A stretch of 64,000 bases of DNA from an uncultured Nitrososphaerales archaeon. Its GTDB lineage: Archaea; Thermoproteota; Nitrososphaeria; Nitrososphaerales; Nitrososphaeraceae. A program made the translations under genes and the position numbers. Positions 35,468-44,742 of this stretch are shown in pieces. The stretch spans positions 96,001 through 160,000 of the forward strand of contig CAWJCY010000001.1 in NCBI GenBank assembly GCA_963841565.1, given 5' to 3'. Every line of letters starts with the position of its first letter. The first letter of the stretch is position 1. The notes under the pieces were generated by a model that searched no databases, had not been told where the DNA came from, and saw only the letters and a program-made list of their open reading frames with translations.

Positions 35468-35887
35468 ATGAATAAAGCCTACCTACTGGCTCTATCCACT
35501 ATGGCATTACTCATGGCAACCGCATTTGTTTTGCCTGGTATTCAGACAGCGAATGCTCAGTACACAGGCGGCGGGGGCGAGGGAACGACATCAAGCAGTA
35601 TTGAGGAACAGCTGAAACTTGCTAGAGAGAAAACATCACTTGCTGAGCAACAGGGTGCATACGGTTCCGGAACTTCCATGGTTAGTGGTAACCTTGACAA
35701 CACTGTATTATTTATCATCATACTTGTAGTAATATTCGGAGGGGTGGCAGCCGCATTCTTCATAAAGTCCAGAGGAGCAAGAAGGGCAGTCACTTCACAA
35801 TCCACGCGTCAGAGTGAACCGGATTGGAAGTTGGAAGCTCAGAGATACAAAGAAGAACTTGACGCTATGAAAAGAAATCAAAAATAG
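35468..35887 (+). CDS. amoZ: Ammonia monooxygenase subunit Z (probable)
   Basis: Signal peptide ...ANAQY, EEQLKLARE helix, GSGT, TM ending FGGVAAAFFI; divergent from rps15 and next to amoY as I recall for AOA; TATA TTAAATA 23 nt upstream. Confidence 0.8.
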   Translation: MNKAYLLALSTMALLMATAFVLPGIQTANAQYTGGGGEGTTSSSIEEQLKLAREKTSLAEQQGAYGSGTSMVSGNLDNTVLFIIILVVIFGGVAAAFFIKSRGARRAVTSQSTRQSEPDWKLEAQRYKEELDAMKRNQK

Positions 35888-36082
35888 ATAGGGATACTGA
35901 AACAAAACCATTCCTTCTTTTTGAATTTTATTTATGTTTTAGTGAACATTAGGGCTCTTTTTGCCAGAAATGCGTAATTACCAGTAGTGAGCAAATCTAG
36001 TAATTTCGTTATATCAAGTGGTGATCCGAGGGTGTAAACCAAAATGTATATATCATAGATTTTATTTGGATTATATCGTAAT

Positions 36083-36322
36083 ATGAGCGCCATTCTAAGC
36101 CTTGTGGGAATGTTCAGCACCGGATTGGAGAGTCTTCTGAAGCAGGTAGGACCAGCATACGACCCATTGTTCTTCGATGTAATGGTATACATATTTGGGA
36201 CTATGCTTTTCGCAGTTTTCCTCCTGAGTGTAATTGCATTTTGGCTCAGACGAAAGGGACTTGGAGGAGGTTCAGCTGAAAGAAAAATGGACTCAAGAAT
36301 TAGAGACTTACTTCGAGCGTGA
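36083..36322 (+). CDS. amoY: Ammonia monooxygenase subunit Y (probable)
   Basis: PAYDPLFF..MVYIFG single TM followed by FWLRRKG; downstream of amoZ. Confidence 0.8.
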   Translation: MSAILSLVGMFSTGLESLLKQVGPAYDPLFFDVMVYIFGTMLFAVFLLSVIAFWLRRKGLGGGSAERKMDSRIRDLLRA

Positions 36323-36513
36323 GCAGATAGGTCTTATTCCTGACGAAAAGCACCACTGGTAGTGTAACTACTCAAAAATTTCTTTTATTTGTTTTTCTTA
36401 AATTCTGAAAGGACAGTGTTTTTTGGCGTTATGATTTAATCATCTACGTTTTCTTCGGCTACGACGTTAGAAGTTAAAGTTAGCAGAACAAAAAACAGAA
36501 AACCCGCAAATGG

Positions 36514-37422
36514 TCAGAATCTTCGAACAATCTTTGGTCGTAACATTTCAGGGTGACTTTTCAATTCATGAATTAGTCTCTGAAGCTTTGATTTTTCAAA
36601 TGGTAGAGTCCCGCCAATACTGTATACATTTGAAGCATGATTTGCTCTAAAGACTACTTCTCTAACAGGATTGAAAAGCACTATTAGCCTTTCTAGTTCA
36701 TTCAAGATCTCCAAATCAGTTAACCAGGAAAATGGCTCCTTAAACTTGGACATGAACTCACCACGAACGGCTTCGTCCAGTTGGAGGTTGAGAGCGGCAA
36801 GATAGTGCGGACTAATCTGGCTCACAACCTTGGCGGTATCAGATATGTGCACATCAGTATACGTTCTGCCGCCCAATCCGAGAATAACCATGCAAGAGAG
36901 TGTGAATTGATGATCAATTGCTTTCTCACAACTCTCAATAATCATTGAGGAAGATGCACCCTTTGTGACCTTTTGCAGCACGACGTCATTACCGCTTTCT
37001 ATCCCAACATATAGCATGCTTAGTCCTCGATCTCGCAACCGCTCAAGTTCTAGGTCCTTTTTCTGGATCAGATTCCTTGGCATGGCATAGCATGAAATTC
37101 GCTTAAGACTCTTGAATTTTAGATTCAAATAGTCTAATATTTCAACCAGCCTTTCAGTCCTAACATTTATTGCATCCCCATCGGCAAGAAAGATTTTTTC
37201 GGTCAGGGGTTGGTATTTGGAAACTAAATCTATTTCGAACTTGATCTCCTCAAATGATCTCTCTTGATAAGATTTTGTTCGGTACATATTGCAGAATGAG
37301 CAGTGATTAAATGAGCATCCCAACGTGACCTGAAAGATCGTTGAGTTTGCCTCTGAAGGAGGTCTATAAAGAGGATAATCGTATACTAATTCTTCCAAGA
37401 TATTAAAGAAGTAGTATCGCAT
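36514..37422 (-). CDS. Radical SAM protein of unknown function
   Basis: YRPPSEA, GCSFNHCSFC, FLADGDA, GIESG, FRANHASN. Confidence 0.9.
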   Translation of the reverse strand: MRYYFFNILEELVYDYPLYRPPSEANSTIFQVTLGCSFNHCSFCNMYRTKSYQERSFEEIKFEIDLVSKYQPLTEKIFLADGDAINVRTERLVEILDYLNLKFKSLKRISCYAMPRNLIQKKDLELERLRDRGLSMLYVGIESGNDVVLQKVTKGASSSMIIESCEKAIDHQFTLSCMVILGLGGRTYTDVHISDTAKVVSQISPHYLAALNLQLDEAVRGEFMSKFKEPFSWLTDLEILNELERLIVLFNPVREVVFRANHASNVYSIGGTLPFEKSKLQRLIHELKSHPEMLRPKIVRRF

Positions 37423-37589
37423 GAATAATGTATATGTTGTGGATTGAAAAGGTCATTATTTTTAGACTGTCAGGTAATCTATCGATGAGATTTTGAAACG
37501 ACCGCAAATATTTCATTTCGTCGTAACATGGTGACTATTTGTGAAAGTCACCCTTGAAATGGATAGCCAGGATCTAGACCTAGTTGTTT

Positions 37590-37660
37590 GGGGTCTGTTC
37601 GTCGCGAGGTCATCATAGCTTCTGGCTCTGCCTGGAGCAGCGATTATTCACTTCATCCCC
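37590..37660 (-). ncRNA. Candidate C/D-box guide sRNA (71 nt)
   Basis: GGGG...CCCC ends, C-like ATGAAGT, D' CAGA, C' ATGATGA, 12-nt guide, D CAGA; TTTATAA box 22 nt upstream. Confidence 0.5.
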
Positions 37661-37739
37661 TGCAACTATTGGTATGCTCCAGTTATAAATTTGTAAGAGA
37701 ATAATTCCACATAGAGTCACTCGAAATTGTTCAGAGGAT

Positions 37740-38657
37740 TCATTGACGGTATGGGAGATGTATTATTTTCAGGTCATGTGCATCTTCTACGTTCTCATGG
37801 ATGAGGCGCGCTTCTGCGAGCAACTGGCTGCTCTGCCGGTATCTGGTACTAAAATGAGTTAGTACAAGCTTCCTGGCACCAGACTGATTTGCTACCTTGG
37901 CAGCTTCGGCAGCAGTAGCATGAAAGTTTTCGATCGCCTTATGTCGGAGCTCCTCAGCATATGTTGACTCAAATATGAGTAGATCGCAATTCTCGAAAAA
38001 TTTAACAAGCTTTTCGGTTGGTCTTGTATCACCGGAGATTCCAATCTTCCTCCCAGGTCGTCTTCGACCTACCACATCAGATGATCTTACTATAGTTCCG
38101 TTGATTACAATATCCTTCCCCGATTGAAGCTGTTTGTATAATTTCCCCTCTGGTATTCCTAATTGTACTGCTCTTTTGATATTAAAAATCCCAGGTCTAT
38201 CCAATTCTGTCAGACAGAATGAGTAAGCTGGTACATTATGATCTGCTTCGCAACATCTCACTTCATAATCCCCCTCGCGCAACAACAATCCCTCAGATTC
38301 TATATTGTGAAGATTTACATCGAATGAAAGCCCGAAACCTATCAGTCTTGTACTAAACTTTATAAATTCTCCGAGTCTTGGTTCACCATAAATATCAATG
38401 GGTAGGGTCCTGCCATTAAGCGATAGTGTTTGGAGTAGACCCAAGATTCCAAGTGAGTGATCAGCGTGCATGTGCGTGATAAAGACTTTCATTTTGCAAT
38501 TCATCCTGAGACTTGATCTTACAAAATTTCTTTGCATACCTTCCCCTGCATCGAAGAGAAGTATCTCATTTCCTCGAGCAATTGCGATAGAAGATAGTCC
38601 TCGTTCATCAGTTGGGGTGGCTGCTGACGTGCCCAAGAAAACGATTCTAAGATCCAT
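37740..38657 (-). CDS. rnz: Ribonuclease Z
   Basis: FLGTS, FDAGEG.Q, THMHADH, exosite PEG..Y..L..G, SGDT, THFS.RY. Confidence 0.96.
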   Translation of the reverse strand: MDLRIVFLGTSAATPTDERGLSSIAIARGNEILLFDAGEGMQRNFVRSSLRMNCKMKVFITHMHADHSLGILGLLQTLSLNGRTLPIDIYGEPRLGEFIKFSTRLIGFGLSFDVNLHNIESEGLLLREGDYEVRCCEADHNVPAYSFCLTELDRPGIFNIKRAVQLGIPEGKLYKQLQSGKDIVINGTIVRSSDVVGRRRPGRKIGISGDTRPTEKLVKFFENCDLLIFESTYAEELRHKAIENFHATAAEAAKVANQSGARKLVLTHFSTRYRQSSQLLAEARLIHENVEDAHDLKIIHLPYRQ

Positions 38658-38780
38658 ACATTACTAGTTAAGTTCTGGTCTAAGGTAAATCTACCTAATA
38701 TTCGTAGAGTGTATTCTATTCATATGGCCTTCTGCAATATGCCGGTCTTCGGAGATCAGAGGTATCACATGTTACTATCT

Positions 38781-39584
38781 TCAAAGGGCTAGAAAGATCT
38801 CCTTTACTGGTTCTCTAATGCCTAATTTTCTAATTATCCCTTCAAATCTAGTCTTGTTCGACGTGATTAGAATCTCCGTGCGGCCAATCCCTTTCTTTTT
38901 GGCCATATGATTCGTAGAGAGGTATTTCCTCACATCATTTGCGAGAAGTTTTACAGGGTCAATCAACCTGATGGTAGGAATTAAGGAGACGAGATAGTTT
39001 GAGACAAAGGGTAGGTGGGTGCTTGCCAAAACCATAACATCAATGTGTGATTCAAGATTTTCGCGATATTCTATTGCCTTAGAGATTGCATCAAACGTCT
39101 TTCGTTCATTGGTGATATATTCACCATTTTCAACCAAGCCTATAATTTCAGATGCGTCAAATCTGGTTACAAGTATATTCTGTGGGACTTGGGACTTGAT
39201 CAAATCGCCCAATTCTTTGCTCCTGATGGTACCTGCGGTCGCCAATATTCCTATATGCTTTTTCTTCGTCAGCTTACACGCGGTCTTGAGTGGAGGAATG
39301 ATTCCCACGACACCCATTTTAGATGAGCGCTTGACATCATCAAGAATTTGAATTGAAGGAGTAATTGACGCAAGAACTACCAATTTTGGTTTATATCGCT
39401 CAAGATATCGTAGGATATCACAGATTATGGATAGAAGTTCTTGCCTTGTCTTATTACCATATGGAAAGTGTTGTTCATCTGCAAGGTACAATAGATTTTC
39501 GGTCGGTAAGTGCTTGCGTAATTGTTTTATTACTGATAAGGAACCTAGGCCCGAGTCAAAAACGGCAATCGGATTATCCAGCAA
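38781..39584 (-). CDS. Glutamate racemase-fold protein with Ser at both catalytic Cys positions
   Basis: FDSGLG.LSV, AD..HFPYG.K, ILAT.GT; ACNT replaced by ASIT and GCTH by ASTH. Confidence 0.85.
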   Translation of the reverse strand: MLDNPIAVFDSGLGSLSVIKQLRKHLPTENLLYLADEQHFPYGNKTRQELLSIICDILRYLERYKPKLVVLASITPSIQILDDVKRSSKMGVVGIIPPLKTACKLTKKKHIGILATAGTIRSKELGDLIKSQVPQNILVTRFDASEIIGLVENGEYITNERKTFDAISKAIEYRENLESHIDVMVLASTHLPFVSNYLVSLIPTIRLIDPVKLLANDVRKYLSTNHMAKKKGIGRTEILITSNKTRFEGIIRKLGIREPVKEIFLAL

Positions 39585-39829
39585 CTACAAAAACACCAAC
39601 AGACATGATACTCACGTCATATTCCTTAAAAGAATTCATAATTAGAAAGTCGTCGTGACCAGGTGACCAGGATTCCAATGCCTATCTGCCTGGAGGTAAG
39701 TTCCAGTCCCAGACATTAAACTAGTAACTGTTAAAAAAAAGATATGGCTCATCGGTGTTTCGAGAAATTTCGATCCATTTTTGCAAGCGGTTATAGTTTG
39801 GTCAACGACTTTTGCTGAATAAATTATTA

Positions 39830-42022
39830 CTATGACCTCCCAATTACCTCTTCGCGAGTTCTTCGCTTGGCTTCTACCCGATTGTGGTCCAAGCTATGAT
39901 CAATGGCCCTTGTCTGCCATACAAATTTGGAATAGAGCATCTTGGGGACGAGGCGTTTGAAGTCAATTCCTTGGCCTATATACCATTTAGGAAACCATTC
40001 GTAAAGGTGTAACCTAATTGTTTGAATGTATACTATCAGCCCCTCAATCAGCATTATACCAATATTTCCGCCGATAAGGACTGCATATCCTCCACCTGTG
40101 CCACCCAACGATTCGAATGAATCGATAACCGTTACAAGGAGTGCGGCGTGAACCAGTAGCATTATTCCGAGTCTAGAGTAGCTTATTGTGTTTGAAAGCA
40201 TCTCAATGATTCTTACCATAATTACCTCCACCACTATACCTACCACTCCGCCACCCTCATCCTTCCCAAGTTTCTTGAGGTGCTTCTCTTCCTTCATGCC
40301 TCCGATAATCATGGTTATTACGGTACCAATGATTACAAGAGGTGCTACTTTTGCAACCAACTCTACGGTAACCCAGTCTCCGAAAACGACCGTCAGCCAA
40401 GGCACTGGTTCATCATGGACGACTCCTGTAATGCCAAACATGCCGATGATATCATATCCAGAGCCTATAGCTGCCAGGATAAGGCTTACCACCGCAAAGT
40501 ATTGTACTATAGTTGGGATATCATGATAAAGGATCATAAGTTTATCATGTTTTTTGATATCTGCCCAGAGCCTCAAGAAGAAAGCCAGCAAGATATGCAC
40601 TACCCCTATAGCGATTGATATCTCCAAAATCTTGACTACCTCCTCAAAAGTTAGCTCTGACACACTTAACATTCCCACAAATCCTAATTGTTCAGCAATA
40701 GGTGCTAGAATCGGTAGCTCAATAGCATGAAAACCAAATAATTCTCCCGTTCCTAGGCCGGCAATGGCTGCGGCGGCTCCACTCGCCGCTATTAAAGTTC
40801 CCCATGTGGTCAGAGATCCGTTGCCACGATATCTGAAAAGCATCCCAAGACCAAAGAGCAATATGCCGTGTCCTAAGTCTGCAAACATCAATCCATAGAA
40901 CAGAGGCCACACGAATGCAATAATGGGCGTAGGGTCTCTCTCGTCGTAGTTGGGCAATCCCTGTGTTTCAGTAATGATTTCGAATGTACGAATATACTTT
41001 TTATTTTTCAGGAGCGTAGGAATTTTCTCATTGTGATCTTCAACGTGACTTTCATCAGTAGCCAAGCGTTCAGGAACATCCATCACCGAGACGTAGTCGC
41101 TTGTCAAGCTCTTGAATTTATTTTCCATCTGCTCAGGGATAAGGCCCTCAATCATAGCGAAATTCTTGGTGCCACCTGGCTTCCTGGTTGCTTCTAAAAC
41201 ATCTTTTGCCACCTGAGAAGCTTCGTGTAATGATAGTAGTCTCGTAGTAAGCGATAATTTCAATTTCTCAACCTTCTTGCTTAGATCTGTACTTTGCTTC
41301 TCTAGTTCCTTTATTTTGGCCTTAGACTCAGCATATGCCAAATGAGGATTCTGAGGCATGTTAGGGGGTACCTGCAAAGGGTGCACTCCGAAGCTTCTCA
41401 GAACTTTGATTATTCTATCAGCGTCGCTTTCAGCTGAACCTAAAATGATTAAGGCAGATTTGTGATCATTTAGTTTAACAATCTGTATCGGCAGATCTCC
41501 CAAGCTTTTCTTGATCTCATCTTGGTCGTTATTTTCAATGATAAAAGTTGCAGCATAGAATATTTTCAATTTAGAGAAAATTCGTAGATCTAAATTCAAT
41601 TCTGATGCCATTTCCAAGGTCAAAGCTATCGTACGGTATTCTTCCAACTGTTTTGAAACCTGACTCTGTTCCAAAAGGATCCTTTTGGGCTCATCCAAGA
41701 GCGCCGCACTTCTTCCCTCCAAATCAACTATGAAGCCTTGAATATCTTCAATCTGGTACGATGTCTGCTCCTTCGGAGCACCTTTAAACATCGTATCCAT
41801 TACACCCGTTTCTAGAGGTACTCCCAAAGCCTTGACTACATCGTCAATTTCTTGGAAGAGCCTCTGCGCCTTCAATAATAGGTCGTCATAATAGGGATTT
41901 ATGTACTCAGATGCATGTTGTAATGGATGAAACCATTCAAGTTGAGCAAGTCTGCTTACAACTTGCTGCGTCTCAGTCCTAGGTAGGACGAGCGTTGTTT
42001 TCAGTAACTTAGCGGTTCCCAT
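39830..42022 (-). CDS. atpI: A1Ao ATP synthase subunit I (a)
   Basis: E.DPTP, YGLMFADLGHG, SNTISYSRL, RLHLYEWF.KWY. Confidence 0.96.
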   Translation of the reverse strand: MGTAKLLKTTLVLPRTETQQVVSRLAQLEWFHPLQHASEYINPYYDDLLLKAQRLFQEIDDVVKALGVPLETGVMDTMFKGAPKEQTSYQIEDIQGFIVDLEGRSAALLDEPKRILLEQSQVSKQLEEYRTIALTLEMASELNLDLRIFSKLKIFYAATFIIENNDQDEIKKSLGDLPIQIVKLNDHKSALIILGSAESDADRIIKVLRSFGVHPLQVPPNMPQNPHLAYAESKAKIKELEKQSTDLSKKVEKLKLSLTTRLLSLHEASQVAKDVLEATRKPGGTKNFAMIEGLIPEQMENKFKSLTSDYVSVMDVPERLATDESHVEDHNEKIPTLLKNKKYIRTFEIITETQGLPNYDERDPTPIIAFVWPLFYGLMFADLGHGILLFGLGMLFRYRGNGSLTTWGTLIAASGAAAAIAGLGTGELFGFHAIELPILAPIAEQLGFVGMLSVSELTFEEVVKILEISIAIGVVHILLAFFLRLWADIKKHDKLMILYHDIPTIVQYFAVVSLILAAIGSGYDIIGMFGITGVVHDEPVPWLTVVFGDWVTVELVAKVAPLVIIGTVITMIIGGMKEEKHLKKLGKDEGGGVVGIVVEVIMVRIIEMLSNTISYSRLGIMLLVHAALLVTVIDSFESLGGTGGGYAVLIGGNIGIMLIEGLIVYIQTIRLHLYEWFPKWYIGQGIDFKRLVPKMLYSKFVWQTRAIDHSLDHNRVEAKRRTREEVIGRS

Positions 42023-42087
42023 TTAGTCCCAGTCCATCCGTAATCCTCTTAGTTGGAGGTGCCTGATTAGGAATCTCCTGATTTAGG

Positions 42088-42426
42088 TCACGCTTGACCT
42101 AGTATGATGAACATCATGACGATACCGTAAATAGCAATTGATTCTACCATGCCTACAATGATGAAAACCCTGGACTGCATTTTAGGATTATCGCTAATTG
42201 CTGCTAAGCCGGCAGCTCCAACGTAACCAAGTCCGATACCCGCGCCAAGAGCGGCCAAGCCAAACGCCATTCCTGCACCTATCAATTTGAACGAGCCTGC
42301 ATCACCCGCAGATGCCTCTTCCTGAGCATACGCTGTAGACCCAATGGAACTTACGGTTATGAAAGTTATTGTGGTCAGTGCCACGATAACCGGGATAAAA
42401 ATATGTCCTCCCTTTCCTTTCTTCAT
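42088..42426 (-). CDS. atpK: A1Ao ATP synthase subunit K (c) with signal-like N-terminus
   Basis: GAGIGLGYVGAAG Gly-zipper, VESIAIYG catalytic Glu; AYA|QEE cleavage-like site. Confidence 0.96.
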   Translation of the reverse strand: MKKGKGGHIFIPVIVALTTITFITVSSIGSTAYAQEEASAGDAGSFKLIGAGMAFGLAALGAGIGLGYVGAAGLAAISDNPKMQSRVFIIVGMVESIAIYGIVMMFIILGQA

Positions 42427-42538
42427 AGGGGTTCGAGATGGGACGCCCTATTTAATTATATCTCGGCAATTGGACAATTCTATATATTAAAAGGATTTCC
42501 AGAGGATTGTTACTAAGCAAGAAATCAGGATAAATGAA

Positions 42539-42670
42539 CTAGATTTTGGAGAGCGCTTTGCGTTTACATTCACCAAGCATCTCTTTAGTATGCTCCACCA
42601 TAGTTTCATATTCTTTCTTGAGAACACCCTTTGATTCCTCAAAAAAGGTTGTGATAATATTCTCGCTCAT
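42539..42670 (-). CDS. 43-aa charged helical protein inside the ATP synthase cluster
   Basis: MSENIITTFFEESKGVLKKEYETMVEHTKEMLGECKRKALSKI between atpD and atpK on the same strand. Confidence 0.65.
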   Translation of the reverse strand: MSENIITTFFEESKGVLKKEYETMVEHTKEMLGECKRKALSKI

Positions 42671-42704
42671 GTCCCGATCAGTTCCCAGAACAATCCCGAC
42701 GGTA

Positions 42705-43343
42705 TTAAAGCTTTTTCCTTTCAAGTACTGCTTTAACTTTTTTGAGTCTTACGAAGTCTTCTCTTTCTCGTTCTTCGAGGGTGGCCCGAATAAATGCTAT
42801 CGCACTCTCATACTGTGGAATTATCACGTACTCCAACGCGTTAATCAATTTCTGAGTTCTCTCCAGTTCCTTTGCCAAACTAAATATTGCATTCTCGTAT
42901 TCGGCCGCTTTGCAAATTTGTGGGAGTATATTCTTTATTAGTTTCGCGCCTTTATCTACTGAGGCGTTGGTTTCCACGAAACCGTATGATAATTCTTGCC
43001 CCCCCTGTTTATTTCTGACGTGGAGTGTCGGGATCCTTACGTCCACAACTCTACGTACATTAACGTCAACCTCCATGATACTGGGAGTAGAATCAGATAT
43101 TGATTCTAGTGTTGTCGTTCCAAGCGACATGTAGGAATCATATACGGAAGAATAGATCTCCGCTAATGGTGACCAGATATCACCTCTGGCCTTGTTAGCC
43201 TCCTCGATCATTTCGTCTATCTTTTTTAACAGGACCTCTCGTTTGTCATCAAGAATCTTGTGAACCATCTTTCCTACCTGCATGGAACGACGGATCTTGA
43301 TCAGTTCAATCTTTGTAGCAGTAACCCTTCCCCCAAATGACAT
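42705..43343 (-). CDS. atpD: A1Ao ATP synthase subunit D
   Basis: TKIEL, ILDDKREVL, INALEYVIIP, LEEREREDFVRLKK. Confidence 0.96.
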   Translation of the reverse strand: MSFGGRVTATKIELIKIRRSMQVGKMVHKILDDKREVLLKKIDEMIEEANKARGDIWSPLAEIYSSVYDSYMSLGTTTLESISDSTPSIMEVDVNVRRVVDVRIPTLHVRNKQGGQELSYGFVETNASVDKGAKLIKNILPQICKAAEYENAIFSLAKELERTQKLINALEYVIIPQYESAIAFIRATLEEREREDFVRLKKVKAVLERKKL

Positions 43344-43353
43344 AACTAAAAGA

Positions 43354-44742
43354 TCATTTGGTCTCCTTGTAGTATTGTCTCACATGCTTTTCTTTTATCT
43401 TCGTGAGCTCTCCCTCCGGTAAAGTTGAGAGTACGTCCCATGTTCTTGAAAGCGTCTCCTCTAATCCCCTATTCTCGTCTTTTTCTTGTTTCAGAAAATG
43501 GCTTTCGAACAGATCGCCTGCATCCAAATACTTGAGGTCTACTCCAGTCAGTCCTGATCTTCCTACGATTTCGGCAAGAGCCCTTACTTCTTGAGCTCGA
43601 GAATAAGCGTCGTATAGCTGGTTCCCAACTTCCATGTGATCCGATCTCGTTTTTCCCTCCCCAACACCGTCTTTCATAAGTCTTGATAGGGACATGAGGA
43701 CGTTCACAGGTGGATACACACCTTTTCGGAAGAGATCTCTTCCTAACACAATCTGACCTTCAGTAATGTAACCGGTAAGATCCGGAATAGGATGAGTTAT
43801 ATCGTCAGCAGGCATGGATAGTATAGGCACCTGAGTTACACTGCCATCTTTACCTCTAATACGTCCAGCACGCTCGTAGTTGTTTGCAAGATCGGTGTAC
43901 AGATAGCCTGGATATCCTTTTCTTCCAGGGACTTCTTCTCTTGCAGCGCTAATCTCACGCAATGCCTCAGCATAATTGGTCATGTCTGTTAATATCGCTA
44001 GCACATGCATCCCCAAATCAAAGGCCAGATATTCGGCTACAGTGAGTGCTACCCTAGGAGTTATGATTCGCTCGATGGCAGGATCATCTGCTAGGTTAAG
44101 AAATAATACGCTTCGTCTCAGGGCACCGGACTCTTCAAGGCTTCGTTTAAAGTATTGCGCCTCTGAATATTGAACTCCAATGGCTGCGAAGACTACGGCA
44201 AAATCTTCCTTTGTTCCTACAACAGTTGCCTGCCTAGCTATTTGGGCTGCCAGAATGTTATGTGGCATTCCGGAACCAGAGAATATGGGAAGTTTCTGGC
44301 CACGGACGAGCGTGAGCATGCCATCAATTACAGAGACCCCCGTTTGTATGAATGAAGTAGGATATTCCCTTCGTTCAGGGTTCATTGGCTCCCCGTTTAC
44401 ATCAAGGAATTTCTCCGCTATAGGGTCGGGGAGACCATCATTAGGTCGGCCGAGTCCATCGAATACTCTTCCTAAGAGTTCCGGAGAAACTGGCATAGTC
44501 ATGGTTTTACCCAAGAATTTAGCTTTTGTTCCACTGATCGCCAGGCCCGTAGTACCTTCAAATACCTGCACTACCGCCTTTCCGTGGCCGACTTCGAGCA
44601 CCCTGCCTAATCTTATAGCGGAATCTGAAGTCTCGATTTCAACTAGCTCATCGAAGGACGCTTTTGTGATGCCATCAATGATTATGAGAGGACCTTTAAT
44701 TTCGGCTACTTTAGTATATTCTATGGCAGCTGATTCAGACAA
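43354..44742 (-). CDS. atpB: A1Ao ATP synthase subunit B
   Basis: [40 protein letters not shown]. Confidence 0.98.
   Translation of the reverse strand: MSESAAIEYTKVAEIKGPLIIIDGITKASFDELVEIETSDSAIRLGRVLEVGHGKAVVQVFEGTTGLAISGTKAKFLGKTMTMPVSPELLGRVFDGLGRPNDGLPDPIAEKFLDVNGEPMNPERREYPTSFIQTGVSVIDGMLTLVRGQKLPIFSGSGMPHNILAAQIARQATVVGTKEDFAVVFAAIGVQYSEAQYFKRSLEESGALRRSVLFLNLADDPAIERIITPRVALTVAEYLAFDLGMHVLAILTDMTNYAEALREISAAREEVPGRKGYPGYLYTDLANNYERAGRIRGKDGSVTQVPILSMPADDITHPIPDLTGYITEGQIVLGRDLFRKGVYPPVNVLMSLSRLMKDGVGEGKTRSDHMEVGNQLYDAYSRAQEVRALAEIVGRSGLTGVDLKYLDAGDLFESHFLKQEKDENRGLEETLSRTWDVLSTLPEGELTKIKEKHVRQYYKETK

Noticed and set aside
37600-37662. Fluoride (crcB) riboswitch suggested by GGGGATGAAG...TGATGAC
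   Set aside because: P1 and pseudoknot pairings are absent and no fluoride-related gene follows; C/D architecture fits better
42088-42426. Na+-coupled c subunit suggested by the E-S motif
   Set aside because: The helix-1 Gln/Glu ligand is absent (GIGLGY), so H+ coupling is more likely
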